This document shows, piece by piece, positions 28,916 through 39,329 of a stretch of DNA of 64,000 bases. How positions within the stretch are numbered: the stretch's first letter is position 1; each line of letters starts with the position of its first letter. Where the stretch lies: contig WRLR01000005.1 in NCBI GenBank assembly GCA_009777515.1, positions 2,277 to 66,276 of the forward strand, read 5' to 3'. The stretch comes from Oscillospiraceae bacterium. Its GTDB lineage: Bacteria; Bacillota; Clostridia; WRLR01. The translations under genes and the position numbers were made by a program. The notes under the pieces are model-generated. The model had not been told where the DNA came from, made no database searches, and saw nothing but the letters and a program-made list of their open reading frames with translations.

Positions 28916-30103
28916 TTAAATACACATTTTATAAATATTCAAAACATCTTGCCAATACAATTCTTTCATGCCATTTTTGGATACCGGTTTTTCACTACCG
29001 CTGTCATAAACGGTTATCTGTTTTGCGATAGTTTCAAAATCGTCGGTTTTTACGCTTGTATCGCTCCACTTGGCAGGCGCCCCAATCTGCCGGAAAAAGG
29101 CTCGCAGTCGGTTGATCCCATCCATAATCAACGTGTCAGCCTCCCGGTAACTACTTTCCACACCCATGACATTAACCGCAAATTGTGTAAACATACCTAT
29201 ATTTTCTTTGTATACATATTCCATCCAGGCCGGCGTAATAACAGCCAGCGCCTCGCCATGGGCGACCCCGTATGTCGAACTCAATTTATTGCACATTGGA
29301 TGGCACGCCCAAGCCTGCACTCTGCCAATACCTAACAAATTATTATGCGCAAAAGAACCACCAAGCCCAACCTGGCACCAAGCGTCATAATTTTTCGGAT
29401 CATTAATGATAATCAGCGCGTTACTCATTATAGTCTTGAGTATTGATTCAGCCATGCCGTCAATCAAATCAGTATGAATTGACACCGTGAAATAACGTTC
29501 GAGTATATGACTCATAATATCCGCCACGCCAAAAGCTATCTGGTTTTTAGGCAGTGTAAAAAACAACTCGGGATTCATAATGCAAAAAATTGGCCTGATT
29601 AACTCGTTGCCATAGCCTTGCTTATGCTTTTTTTCATAATTTGTTATAACGCTTGAATTACTTGATTCGCTGCCTGCGGCGGGTATCGTGATAATATTGC
29701 CGACTGGCAATGTCTTTTCCACTTTTGCGCCTTTTGTATAGACGTCCCAAATATCACCATCGAAATAATAGCCAAGGCCTATTGCCTTTGCGGAGTCAAT
29801 CGTGCTGCCTCCTCCGACGGCAAGAATAAAATCCGTTTTTTCTTTTTTAGCCAGCTCAATACCCTTATACACTAATTTGAGATCTGGCTGTGGAACAACG
29901 CCGCCCAGCTCTACAAAATCTAGTCCGCTTTCACGTAGCGAAGCAACCACATCATCATACAAGCCGCTTTTTTTAATGCTGCCACCGCCATAATGTAAAA
30001 GCACTTTTGATCCGCCATAAGATTTAATCAGTTTACCAACTTCATTTTGCGCTCCTTTTCCAAATACAGTCCTGGTCGGAATATCAAATGCGAAATTTTC
30101 CAA
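28916..30103 (-). CDS. Iron-containing alcohol dehydrogenase (butanol dehydrogenase-like)
   Basis: 'YGGGSIKKSGL', 'AVGGGSTIDSAK', 'PAAGSE', 'DIMSHILE', 'HGEALA'; TTG start behind AGGAGG. Confidence 0.93.
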   Translation of the reverse strand: MENFAFDIPTRTVFGKGAQNEVGKLIKSYGGSKVLLHYGGGSIKKSGLYDDVVASLRESGLDFVELGGVVPQPDLKLVYKGIELAKKEKTDFILAVGGGSTIDSAKAIGLGYYFDGDIWDVYTKGAKVEKTLPVGNIITIPAAGSESSNSSVITNYEKKHKQGYGNELIRPIFCIMNPELFFTLPKNQIAFGVADIMSHILERYFTVSIHTDLIDGMAESILKTIMSNALIIINDPKNYDAWCQVGLGGSFAHNNLLGIGRVQAWACHPMCNKLSSTYGVAHGEALAVITPAWMEYVYKENIGMFTQFAVNVMGVESSYREADTLIMDGINRLRAFFRQIGAPAKWSDTSVKTDDFETIAKQITVYDSGSEKPVSKNGMKELYWQDVLNIYKMCI

Positions 30104-30268
30104 AACAACCCCTCCTAACAGATAAAAATTTATGATACGCGTATTTATTTTACCTTATTTTATATTATATCCATCAACATATACAATTGTTTCATCTGGG
30201 ATCAAACCTATTGATATAAATCACGAAAAACAGCATATGCTTACTGGAGCCGCCCAATAGCCAATATG

Positions 30269-30328
30269 GAATTTCAACATATAACAAGAATTTCAACAGT
30301 TGATGTTGCTAGATTATTATTTTATCAT
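30269..30328 (+). promoter_or_regulatory. Direct-repeat activator-type site abutting a promoter
   Basis: GAATTTCAACA at 30269 and 30288, followed by TTGATG-17-TATCAT. Confidence 0.5.
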
Positions 30329-30365
30329 GTCAGCAAAAGTAACATAGTCATTATTATCAAATTCA

Positions 30366-31328
30366 ATGTCAAATACAGCGGAGAATATGTCTATGATTGG
30401 CAGAACGTCTCGATTTAATCAATATAAGAAAAGACTATTCAAGCTTATTCCATTATATGTAATGCTTATAGTCCCTGTAGCATATGTTCTTATCTTTTGT
30501 TATTATCCGATGTACGGCGCACAGATAGCCTTCCGCGACTACAAAACGAATTTAGGAATTACAGGGAGTCCCTGGGTCGGGATGAAAAACTTTATTACTT
30601 TTTTTACTTCACGCAATTTTCTCAGAATTTTGTCGAACACGTTGACGCTTTCCATATATTACTTAATAGCCAATACGCTGGTCGTTGTCATACTATCATT
30701 ACTGATACATTCGCTCGATGGCAGCAGGTTCTATAAAAAGATGGTACAAACAGTTATCTATCTGCCACATTTTATTTCCATGGTTGTTATTGTCGGCATT
30801 GTTTTACGTATGTTAAATCCGCATTTAGGCATATTATCCAGGGCAATACAAGCATTTGGAGGCACCGATCGTGATCTAATGGGTGTCTCCCCGGCTTTCC
30901 CCCATATATATGTGTGGTCAGGCATCTGGCAGAGTGCAGGCTGGGGGACAATCATATATCTTGCCGCCCTTGCAAGCGCGGGAACCGAACTACACGAAGC
31001 AGCGATGATTGATGGCGCTTCCCGTTTTCGGCGTCTGCTACATATAGATATACCGACCATTATGCCAACTATTGTGATCATTCTAATAATGAATATGGGA
31101 ACGATAATTGATATCGGATATGAAAAAATATTATTAATGCAAAACTCTTTAAATTTATCAGCATCTGAAGTAATTTCGACCTATGTCTATAAAATGGGTA
31201 TCGCAAATAATATCCCCGACTACTCTTTAAGCACTGCCGTAGGCCTTTTTAATTCCGTCGTCAGTCTTTTTTTAGTTGTCACCGTCAATCAAATAGCGAA
31301 AAAAGTATCCGAGACGTCGTTGTGGTGA
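30366..31328 (+). CDS. Carbohydrate ABC transporter permease (LplB-like)
   Basis: 'YPMYGAQIAF', 'YLPHFISMVV', EAA loop 'LHEAAMIDGASR'. Confidence 0.95.
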   Translation: MSNTAENMSMIGRTSRFNQYKKRLFKLIPLYVMLIVPVAYVLIFCYYPMYGAQIAFRDYKTNLGITGSPWVGMKNFITFFTSRNFLRILSNTLTLSIYYLIANTLVVVILSLLIHSLDGSRFYKKMVQTVIYLPHFISMVVIVGIVLRMLNPHLGILSRAIQAFGGTDRDLMGVSPAFPHIYVWSGIWQSAGWGTIIYLAALASAGTELHEAAMIDGASRFRRLLHIDIPTIMPTIVIILIMNMGTIIDIGYEKILLMQNSLNLSASEVISTYVYKMGIANNIPDYSLSTAVGLFNSVVSLFLVVTVNQIAKKVSETSLW

Positions 31329-31346
31329 GGAGGGAGCCGTAGTCAT

Positions 31347-32237
31347 ATGAAAGGTGTAAAGCTCAGCACAGGTGATAGGTTATTCTATTTGATAGTCAGA
31401 CTCTTGCTTAGCGTCTTCTTTCTTATCACATTATATATATTGATTTATTTAATATCCATATCCGTCTCATCTCCGGTCGCGGTGGCAGAAGGAAGGGTTG
31501 TATTATTTCCCGTTGGTTTCAGTCTTGAAGGTTATCAAATGGTATTTCGCAATAAAAGTATATTGTCAGGGTTATACAATTCTGTAATATACACGTTCTT
31601 TGGGACAATCATGAATCTGGCGCTCACATTAGTAACGGCATATGCGCTCTCAAGAAGAGAGTTAATTGGACGTAGTATTATAAGTTTTTTTCTGGTTTTT
31701 ACGATGTGGTTTAACGGAGGGTTAATTCCCTTATTTTTACTCATCCGCAATCTTGGGCTGCTCAATACAAGATGGGCCGTGTGGTTGCCGGTCAGTATGA
31801 GTATATATAACGTGATCATCACAAGAACTTATATACAATCAAATATTCCGGATGAGATATTTGAAGCTGCCAGCATCGACGGTTGCGGTTATTATCGTTT
31901 TTTTATTCAGATTGTGATCCCACTGTCCGGCGCCATTATCGCAGTTATGGCGCTTTTCTACGGTATAGTTCACTGGAATGCATATTTTCGCCCGCTCATT
32001 TATCTCAACAACGAAAAACTTTATCCTCTACAGATGATTATGCGTAGAATTTTGATAGCAAATGAAATCGGCGCCGACGATCTGCTTGCAGACGAAAATA
32101 CACAGGCGAATTTCGGTAGAGTGGAACTCTTAAAATACGCATTGATCGTCGTCGCTTGCATTCCATTATGGAGTATATATCCATTTATTCAAAAATATTT
32201 TGTCAAAGGCGTCATGATCGGATCAATCAAAGGTTAG
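31347..32237 (+). CDS. Carbohydrate ABC transporter permease
   Basis: 'FNGGLIP', 'IFEAASIDG', 'YPFIQKYFVKGVMIGSIKG'. Confidence 0.95.
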   Translation: MKGVKLSTGDRLFYLIVRLLLSVFFLITLYILIYLISISVSSPVAVAEGRVVLFPVGFSLEGYQMVFRNKSILSGLYNSVIYTFFGTIMNLALTLVTAYALSRRELIGRSIISFFLVFTMWFNGGLIPLFLLIRNLGLLNTRWAVWLPVSMSIYNVIITRTYIQSNIPDEIFEAASIDGCGYYRFFIQIVIPLSGAIIAVMALFYGIVHWNAYFRPLIYLNNEKLYPLQMIMRRILIANEIGADDLLADENTQANFGRVELLKYALIVVACIPLWSIYPFIQKYFVKGVMIGSIKG

Positions 32238-32289
32238 CGAAATATAACATAATATACAGTACTCATAAAATAGGAGGAGGATCATTTTT

Positions 32290-34056
32290 ATGAAAACGAT
32301 ATTTCGTATTATCGAACTTTCACTGGCGCTTATAATCGTTTTTTCTGCCTGTGCTTGCGGCCAAGCCACGACTCAAGGTTCGCAAACAACCACCCCGGCT
32401 GCGACAGCATCAGAGACTACAACCACGGCCGCGCAGATATCGGCAACTGCAGCGGGAAATCAATCTAACACACAAGCAGTTGTAACTTCAAATCAAGCGG
32501 ATACCGGGCTTGAACTAACCGAAGACGGCGTGACTGCAAGGGGTGTGTTCCCGGTTGTAACCGAACCGTATACTATGACCATAGCCATGCCGATTTACCC
32601 GAATGTCGAGGATATCGACACAAACTATACTACCTTAGTTATGGAGGAACTCACCGGCATCAATCTTGAATTCATCCAAATGCCTTCTACTCCCGCTGAT
32701 CTTGCAACAAAAGTCAATTTAATGTTTGCATCAAACGATCTGCCGGATTGTTTTGTAATGGAGTATCCCGGTTTCGAAATGCCGGCGGCTACATTGTGGG
32801 AAGCCGCGCTTGCAAAACAAATAGTGCCTCTCGATAAGTACATAGAAAAATACGGTGAAGGATTTGACAGCGCCATTGAATATCTTGGCCCGGAAAAAGC
32901 GGCATATGTCAACTCTATTCTGACTTTCCCTGATGGGCACAAATACACCTACGCTTATATGAACAACGTTGACATCGATATTTATTGTTTGATGACATGG
33001 GTCTATATACCTTGGCTGGAAGAAGCTGGCTTGGAAACGCCTAAGACGCTAGACGATTTCTATAATATGGCGCTGGTTTTTAAAAACCGTGGGCCGAATA
33101 TCACGCCGATAAGCGCGGCAAAAGAACAGGCAAATAGATTTATCGCGTATATCGGCAATTGTTTTCAATACACGGATTTTACATGGCGGCTTAAAGTGGA
33201 AAATGGCGTAGTGGAATTTATCGCAAACAATGACGAATATCGCCAGACCTTGGAGTTTATAAATAAACTGTATGTCGAAAAACTCCTCGATCCGTTGATT
33301 TTCACACAATCAACGGCTGAATTCAAGGCAAGGCTCGCGCAAAACGAACTGACAGTTGGGATCATTAATCACCAATCGCCTTCCGCTTACATGGATACAA
33401 CGACCGAACCTATGTTAGATTTTCATATCATAGATGCGCTAGAAGGCCCGACCGGTTTGAAATTAACCATGGACAGAGGCATGCAGGTAAACCACACATT
33501 TTGGGTTACCAGTAAATGTGAAATACCTGCCGCCGCAGTGAGGTTTGCGGATTATTTCATCACTGAAGAAGGACGATTCGTCGGTAGCGGTGTTCAAGGA
33601 GTCGACTGGGATTGGGGCGATCCGGGCGCAACCGATATTTTAGGCAATCAAGCATATTATAAAGTCTACAACGTATACGGAGCATTGCCTAGCCAAAATA
33701 TGGGTTGGTGGATAGGCCCTACAAAAATTATGGACTGGCGTTACTCCGCTAGGCAGAACGATGATAAAAATCCACGAGACTACGAAAGCAAAAAATCAAT
33801 TGGAGCGGATATGCTTAAAAAGAGTGCTCCAAAAGAATATGTACCAAATGCCGTGAAATTTGAAAATGAAGATGATCAAAAAATTGTCACACAACTTCGG
33901 GCAGATATAACGAATTATGTCGAAGAGATGTCCGCGTTATTCATACTAGGGGATTTACCTTTTAGCGAGTGGGATCGCTATGTTGATGAGGTCAATTCCC
34001 TTGGCGTTGAAGAATATGTGAGATTAATGCAAATATCCTATAATATGTTACAATAA
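32290..34056 (+). CDS. ABC sugar-binding lipoprotein
   Basis: Lipobox (FSAC), Thr/Ala linker, 'TGINLEF', 'LEEAGLETPKTLDDFYN'. Confidence 0.9.
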   Translation: MKTIFRIIELSLALIIVFSACACGQATTQGSQTTTPAATASETTTTAAQISATAAGNQSNTQAVVTSNQADTGLELTEDGVTARGVFPVVTEPYTMTIAMPIYPNVEDIDTNYTTLVMEELTGINLEFIQMPSTPADLATKVNLMFASNDLPDCFVMEYPGFEMPAATLWEAALAKQIVPLDKYIEKYGEGFDSAIEYLGPEKAAYVNSILTFPDGHKYTYAYMNNVDIDIYCLMTWVYIPWLEEAGLETPKTLDDFYNMALVFKNRGPNITPISAAKEQANRFIAYIGNCFQYTDFTWRLKVENGVVEFIANNDEYRQTLEFINKLYVEKLLDPLIFTQSTAEFKARLAQNELTVGIINHQSPSAYMDTTTEPMLDFHIIDALEGPTGLKLTMDRGMQVNHTFWVTSKCEIPAAAVRFADYFITEEGRFVGSGVQGVDWDWGDPGATDILGNQAYYKVYNVYGALPSQNMGWWIGPTKIMDWRYSARQNDDKNPRDYESKKSIGADMLKKSAPKEYVPNAVKFENEDDQKIVTQLRADITNYVEEMSALFILGDLPFSEWDRYVDEVNSLGVEEYVRLMQISYNMLQ

Positions 34057-34122
34057 AATCGATTCCGACAAGTCTTAAAACGGTACGATAAACACAACTC
34101 AGGGCTAGTGCGGCTCTGAGTT

Positions 34123-36402
34123 GTGTTAATTAAACGGAGCTCAAACGTGAAATATCAAGGTTTATTTAAGTATTTAAATAATAAAACATATTTTAAAACG
34201 TTCGTCCGATCGTTAATGCCCTATTTTATTTTTTTGCTGGCATTATTTTTTCTATTTATAATTGTATATCGACGGAGCGAATCCCATGTACGCGCCATTG
34301 AACTAACTAAATCAGAGCAAACATTGCAAAACGCCGTCCAATATTTCGATAATGAATTTAAAAACGCTTATTACAATTTGATATCAGCCGCTCAAGACTC
34401 TAACATACAGCAGTTGTATTCATCCTATGTCCGTGGTGAATACAAGGCCTACGGAAAAATGCTGATGGCGCAAAAAAGCCTCCGGGCTGCTACTAATAAA
34501 ACTAATATTGTCATTGATAGTTTATTGACAGTCATTACGCCTAGTGAAATCGTATCTATTATTACATCTGAATATATTATAGACGACATCAATCGGCATT
34601 TAGATATGGATCTTTTATATATCGACGGCTTAAACCCGACTCAAATTATTACATGCTACAAAAACCATGACAACGACTATATGCTGGCTGACGGCTTTAA
34701 TGATTCAATGGTAATAAAAATCATACAGAACGATATACGATGTATACCTTATATTGTACGGTTGAACAGCAATCTTTCGCTGAGTGGCAACGTCGTCGGC
34801 CTATATGGGATGATACTGTTGGACTGTGATGAAATCATTAACATCATGGCACCGGATAATGATGGAAATATTTTTTATCGAATTTCATATAATGGAGAGA
34901 TACTATACGGGAGCCAAAATCAAGCGAATGTGGAAAGCACAAATTATAAATTATTAACCACTTATTCACCAACTACAAGACTGGAGTTTTCACTCTCAAT
35001 ACCAAACGAATTTTTATCGAGGAATCTTGTATATCTTTCTTTGTTTTATAAAGTTTGTCTGATTACATTTATTATCCTCTGTCTTTTATTTGTCACCGTA
35101 TTAGTAATGTCTATTTTCATGCCATTGAGCAGTCTGGCAAATCGCTGGGATAATACATCGTTAAAAAAGGATATTATTTCCTCTCTATCCTCCGGGATAG
35201 ATAGTTTATTATCCGACAATACTATCTTGCGTCAAAAAATAGCAGCTTGGCGTCCGGTCGTTAAAACCGAGGTGATTGGTAGGGTCCTGACAGGCGCCAG
35301 TATATCCGAAAATGAATTAGAAGTCATTGACGAGATCAGCGCAGATGCACAGAGCTGTTTTGTGATTATTGTGTTAAGCCTGTCTCATAATAACCAGGAC
35401 ATTAAGCCGGAAGCAAGACAATTGTTTTTTGAAACAATGCGATTCGTTATATCAAAATTCTACCCTCGCTCCCTCATCTATCCTGTAGATAAAAATAACT
35501 TCGCCGTGATTTTGAATTGTGAAATAGACACATCTGAAATCGAGCTTCGGGAACATGTTAAAAATATTCTATCTGAGCTTCTTGAAATGCGTATGTCTTT
35601 TTCGGCAGGAATTGGATCAAAAGTATTATCATTGGACAATATATACCTGTCTTATGAAAAGGCTTTGGAAGCAAGCTATGTTTCAAAAAGAGCCCTCCCT
35701 GGAACAATAGCTTTTTACAATGAAATTAAAAAACAGAAGCAATCATATTACTTTTCATATAGTACGATTGAAAAGCTATACAATGTTTTATCTTCCGCAG
35801 ACTATCAGTCTGCCGTTAATATCTTGTCCCAAACCATTGGTCAAAACAAGACGAATAATACAAAACTCAGCAACGAGGATCTTACACAATTATTTTATGA
35901 TTTGAGAGGAGTCGTACTTCGAATTTCCAGTAGAGTTAAAATAGATAACATATTAGAAAAATTACCGCGTTATCATGACGAAATCCTATTTGACGAATTT
36001 TTACCCTTCTGGGAATCAATTTTTTCACAAATCGCACAAAAGATTGCCGAACAAACCGGCCATAATAGTTTAATGAACCGGATACTTGACTATATAAACG
36101 CGAATTTTACGGATAATAATATCTCATTAAAGGATGTTTCGTCAAGATTCAATATAACCGATAAATATCTGTCAGCTTTATTTAAAGAAAAAGTAGTAGT
36201 TAATTTTTCTGATTATTTAGAGAATTTACGCTTGTCTTACGCGGAAAACCTTCTACTTCAAACTGATAAAACAATCAATGAAATATCCGAGTCTGTAGGA
36301 TATATTACTCCCTCAACATTTTATAAAGCTTTCAAACGTAAATTCGGCATTACACCCACTAATTACTTAAAACTAAAAGAATCAGAACTTCATGCAAAAT
36401 GA
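34123..36402 (+). CDS. Membrane-anchored AraC family regulator (YesS-like)
   Basis: Two TM helices flanking a sensor region; C-terminal HTH 'YLSALFK...SVGYITPSTFYKAFKRKFGITP'; start uncertain. Confidence 0.9.
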   Translation: MLIKRSSNVKYQGLFKYLNNKTYFKTFVRSLMPYFIFLLALFFLFIIVYRRSESHVRAIELTKSEQTLQNAVQYFDNEFKNAYYNLISAAQDSNIQQLYSSYVRGEYKAYGKMLMAQKSLRAATNKTNIVIDSLLTVITPSEIVSIITSEYIIDDINRHLDMDLLYIDGLNPTQIITCYKNHDNDYMLADGFNDSMVIKIIQNDIRCIPYIVRLNSNLSLSGNVVGLYGMILLDCDEIINIMAPDNDGNIFYRISYNGEILYGSQNQANVESTNYKLLTTYSPTTRLEFSLSIPNEFLSRNLVYLSLFYKVCLITFIILCLLFVTVLVMSIFMPLSSLANRWDNTSLKKDIISSLSSGIDSLLSDNTILRQKIAAWRPVVKTEVIGRVLTGASISENELEVIDEISADAQSCFVIIVLSLSHNNQDIKPEARQLFFETMRFVISKFYPRSLIYPVDKNNFAVILNCEIDTSEIELREHVKNILSELLEMRMSFSAGIGSKVLSLDNIYLSYEKALEASYVSKRALPGTIAFYNEIKKQKQSYYFSYSTIEKLYNVLSSADYQSAVNILSQTIGQNKTNNTKLSNEDLTQLFYDLRGVVLRISSRVKIDNILEKLPRYHDEILFDEFLPFWESIFSQIAQKIAEQTGHNSLMNRILDYINANFTDNNISLKDVSSRFNITDKYLSALFKEKVVVNFSDYLENLRLSYAENLLLQTDKTINEISESVGYITPSTFYKAFKRKFGITPTNYLKLKESELHAK

Positions 36403-36488
36403 AAGAACCACTATATAGGGCAACATTTCGTCAACGCTCATATCATCGACACCTCTGCTCCACCGTTCTTCACAATCCGCTTTATATA

Positions 36489-36592
36489 GATTCCACCTCA
36501 CGATGGAAACCCTTGCCGTTCAGCTAACACTTCCCTCTGTCAAGCGTGTAGTGGACTTCCACCACCAAGTTGTTGCCATGTGTCGGGCTCAC
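36489..36592 (-). mobile_element. Degenerate 5' fragment of a group IIC intron (no RT ORF)
   Basis: Minus strand gtgagcccgacacatggc...ggtggaagtccact...gggaagtgttagctgaacggcaagggtttccatcgtgaggtggaatc resembles the class C domain I start, directly after a terminator. Confidence 0.7.
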
Positions 36593-36595
36593 ATA

Positions 36596-36629
36596 AAAAG
36601 CCGACTGTAGTAATAAACAATCGGCTTTT
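36596..36629. terminator. Rho-independent terminator
   Basis: aaaagccgactgt ... acaatcggctttt with T-runs on both strands. Confidence 0.8.
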
Positions 36630-36664
36630 CACTTAGATATTGACATTTACAATGCTTCGGATTG

Positions 36665-38305
36665 TCAATTCCCGCTCTTTGCAGCCATATATTCGTCTAC
36701 TTGCTTTTGCAATTCCGCCAGGATTATATCTGCACCGCCATCGTTGGTCTGCTGGTCAATATACGCAGGTATAGCGTCCACACCATCTGTAACCATACCG
36801 TATGTCAAGGGACGGCCCATTTCGTTAATCAGCGATGTGCGGATGGCGATCTCATTCTTTACGGACTCAATATCGGGGACAAAACTGTCTAATGGGTTAA
36901 TAAATTCTCCGGGCCCTTTCGCGTACTCCTCAACATCCCTCCAATACTGGTCAGGTTTCTCCGGGGACGGGGCGAACATGTGCGGACGCCAAAGCGACCA
37001 CCTGCTCTGCCAGTTCATGTACAACGGGCTGGCGGCGCTGGAGCCCTCCGGGTGATCATAAAACCCGGTCTCCTGATCTTTAATGTATGTCTTACCCTCG
37101 ATGCCATATTGATATATGTCATAGATTTCCTTATCGGAACCGGCCAACTCGATAAACATAATCGTGCGCTCAGGGTTCTTCGCGTTGGCGTTTATTACAT
37201 AAAGGTTAGCTAGCGGGGGCTTTCGCATATACCCCTGATCAGGATAAAGCTCGCTCGTCCAAAGGTTGGTCACCTCGCCACGGTTCGGGAGTGACCATTC
37301 ACCGCCCAGCGCGACGCCTCGGGTGTAAATGCCTTCGATAGGCGTATGCTCTATAGCCTTTTTATCGGCGGGTTCCGCCCTGTGAACGTCGATATTGTTT
37401 AATAAATCGCCAGGCATAATTTCTTCTTTGACCCATTTTGTCGCCCATTTGACAGCCTCATAAAAACATGCTGTACGCTCAATAGGTTCAAGCGTAATTT
37501 TCCCCGTACTCTCGTAATCTTTAATATTAAAGACGTAGCTGTAAAATGCGCTCCACATGTTGACATAGTCGGTACCGGTGCAAGAGATGATGGCCATGGG
37601 GCCATAAATCTCTGTTTTTTCGCCCTCGAAAATATGAGTACCTTCCGGGAGCAAGACTTTGAGCTTTTGGAACAAATCGTCCATGTCCTCAAAAGTCTTT
37701 ATGGAGTCGTTCTCCAATCCTAATTCATCGACATGCTCCCGTGTGAGCGCGTATCGGTCCAGATGGGCGTGCAGGAACGGGTGATCATTGATAAGCACTG
37801 TCCATGGCATCCCGTATATTTCGCCTTTGGCTGTACGCACCGAAGCATCGACTCCCATATCTTGCAACTCTTTCCAGTATATCGGTGCATACTTGGGCAA
37901 CAGCTCTGAGACGTCCAAATAAGCGCCCCGTTGTGAAAGCACAGGGTAGATGACCCAGTCGGCGTCAAAAGCCATATCGAAATCGTCCCCGGAAGTCGTG
38001 AGCACGGTCATCTTATTATTATAGTCCAGCGCAGGTACAAAGGTGATTTCAAACTCCGCGTTCAACCGGTCACGTGTGACGTCCTCCATATGCCTCCAGA
38101 CATCCTGCACCATTGGTAATTCGTCACCCCGATAAAAGAACCGCAGTGTCACAGGTGGTAAACCGGGCTCCTCGGTTGTGGTCACTTGTGCCTGTACTTG
38201 GGTAGCGGTATTCGGCGTTTGGGACGTGGACGACCCCGGCCCCGCGCAACTAGTAAACATAGCTGTGATCAAGATAACCGCCGTAAGTATTGTTAATTTC
38301 TTCAT
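36665..38305 (-). CDS. ABC sugar-binding lipoprotein
   Basis: Lipobox FTSC; 'SGDDFDM', 'AKNPERTIMF', 'YGIEGKTY', 'ELQKQVDEY'. Confidence 0.9.
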   Translation of the reverse strand: MKKLTILTAVILITAMFTSCAGPGSSTSQTPNTATQVQAQVTTTEEPGLPPVTLRFFYRGDELPMVQDVWRHMEDVTRDRLNAEFEITFVPALDYNNKMTVLTTSGDDFDMAFDADWVIYPVLSQRGAYLDVSELLPKYAPIYWKELQDMGVDASVRTAKGEIYGMPWTVLINDHPFLHAHLDRYALTREHVDELGLENDSIKTFEDMDDLFQKLKVLLPEGTHIFEGEKTEIYGPMAIISCTGTDYVNMWSAFYSYVFNIKDYESTGKITLEPIERTACFYEAVKWATKWVKEEIMPGDLLNNIDVHRAEPADKKAIEHTPIEGIYTRGVALGGEWSLPNRGEVTNLWTSELYPDQGYMRKPPLANLYVINANAKNPERTIMFIELAGSDKEIYDIYQYGIEGKTYIKDQETGFYDHPEGSSAASPLYMNWQSRWSLWRPHMFAPSPEKPDQYWRDVEEYAKGPGEFINPLDSFVPDIESVKNEIAIRTSLINEMGRPLTYGMVTDGVDAIPAYIDQQTNDGGADIILAELQKQVDEYMAAKSGN

Positions 38306-38406
38306 ATTCTTCTCCCTTCTTTCTTTATAGCCTGCCATTTTATGGCAGAACTATTTATGGCCAAATCAATAATGCCCAGTGTTTACAGATGTTGCGGAAA
38401 ACGCCC

Positions 38407-39297
38407 CTACCCCTTGACTGCGCCGATCATTATACCTGAGATAAAATACCTTTGGACAAATGGATACACCAATATAATCGGACCTATTGTCACGCAGCAG
38501 GTAGCCAGCTTGACACCTTCTGTCGGTATGGAACCAATTGCCATCTCGCTTCCTGCCGTCGGGTCGGACCTCAGCGCAAGGACATTAGATACAATCTGAC
38601 GTAGCATGAGTTGTAACGGTTGTAACCTTGATCTGTCAACGAGCATCAAACCGTGCCACCAATCATTCCAATACATGAGGCATATAAATAGAGAAACCGA
38701 CGCAAGCACGGGCGTAGACAACGGCAGTATGATCTGCCAAAATATACGCAAATCCCCTGCTCCGTCAATCCTGGCTGATTCGCTCATTTCAATGGGCAGA
38801 GAATAAAAATAGTTCCTCAGCAAAAAAACGTTGAACGCGCTACACAGCGGCGGGATAATCATCGCTAACATGGAATTACGCAGATTTAAATAATTCACGC
38901 AGACAATATACCATGGTACCATGCCCCCGTTAAAAACAATCGTAACGATAGTATAGACCGATAAGGCTCGGTGTAGTTTGAGCTGGCGGATGGACAGCGC
39001 GTATGCAAGCATCGATGATACAATCATGCTGAAAAAAGTGCCAGCAAGCGTCACTGTGATAGTTACGCGGTAGGCGTTGGCTAAAATATCGCCGCGCCGA
39101 AAAAGTGTCGTGTATGCCGCCAATGAAAATGTCGTAGGGATTATCCGATAACCGGATAAAGCAATTTCCGACTCGTCTTGAAAAGACCCTCCCACCACCA
39201 AAAGCATCGGGATCAAGCACGCAAGGGTATATGCTGCTACGAACAAATAGACAATGGCTAAACCGACGTTTATTTTTGAGCGTCTTAATAACATCAA
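38407..39297 (-). CDS. Carbohydrate ABC transporter permease
   Basis: 'FNGGMVPWY', 'ESARIDGA', 'YPFVQRYFISGIMIGAVKG'. Confidence 0.95.
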   Translation of the reverse strand: MMLLRRSKINVGLAIVYLFVAAYTLACLIPMLLVVGGSFQDESEIALSGYRIIPTTFSLAAYTTLFRRGDILANAYRVTITVTLAGTFFSMIVSSMLAYALSIRQLKLHRALSVYTIVTIVFNGGMVPWYIVCVNYLNLRNSMLAMIIPPLCSAFNVFLLRNYFYSLPIEMSESARIDGAGDLRIFWQIILPLSTPVLASVSLFICLMYWNDWWHGLMLVDRSRLQPLQLMLRQIVSNVLALRSDPTAGSEMAIGSIPTEGVKLATCCVTIGPIILVYPFVQRYFISGIMIGAVKG

Positions 39298-39329
39298 GCC
39301 AATCTCCTTATAAATAACATGGTAAAAAA

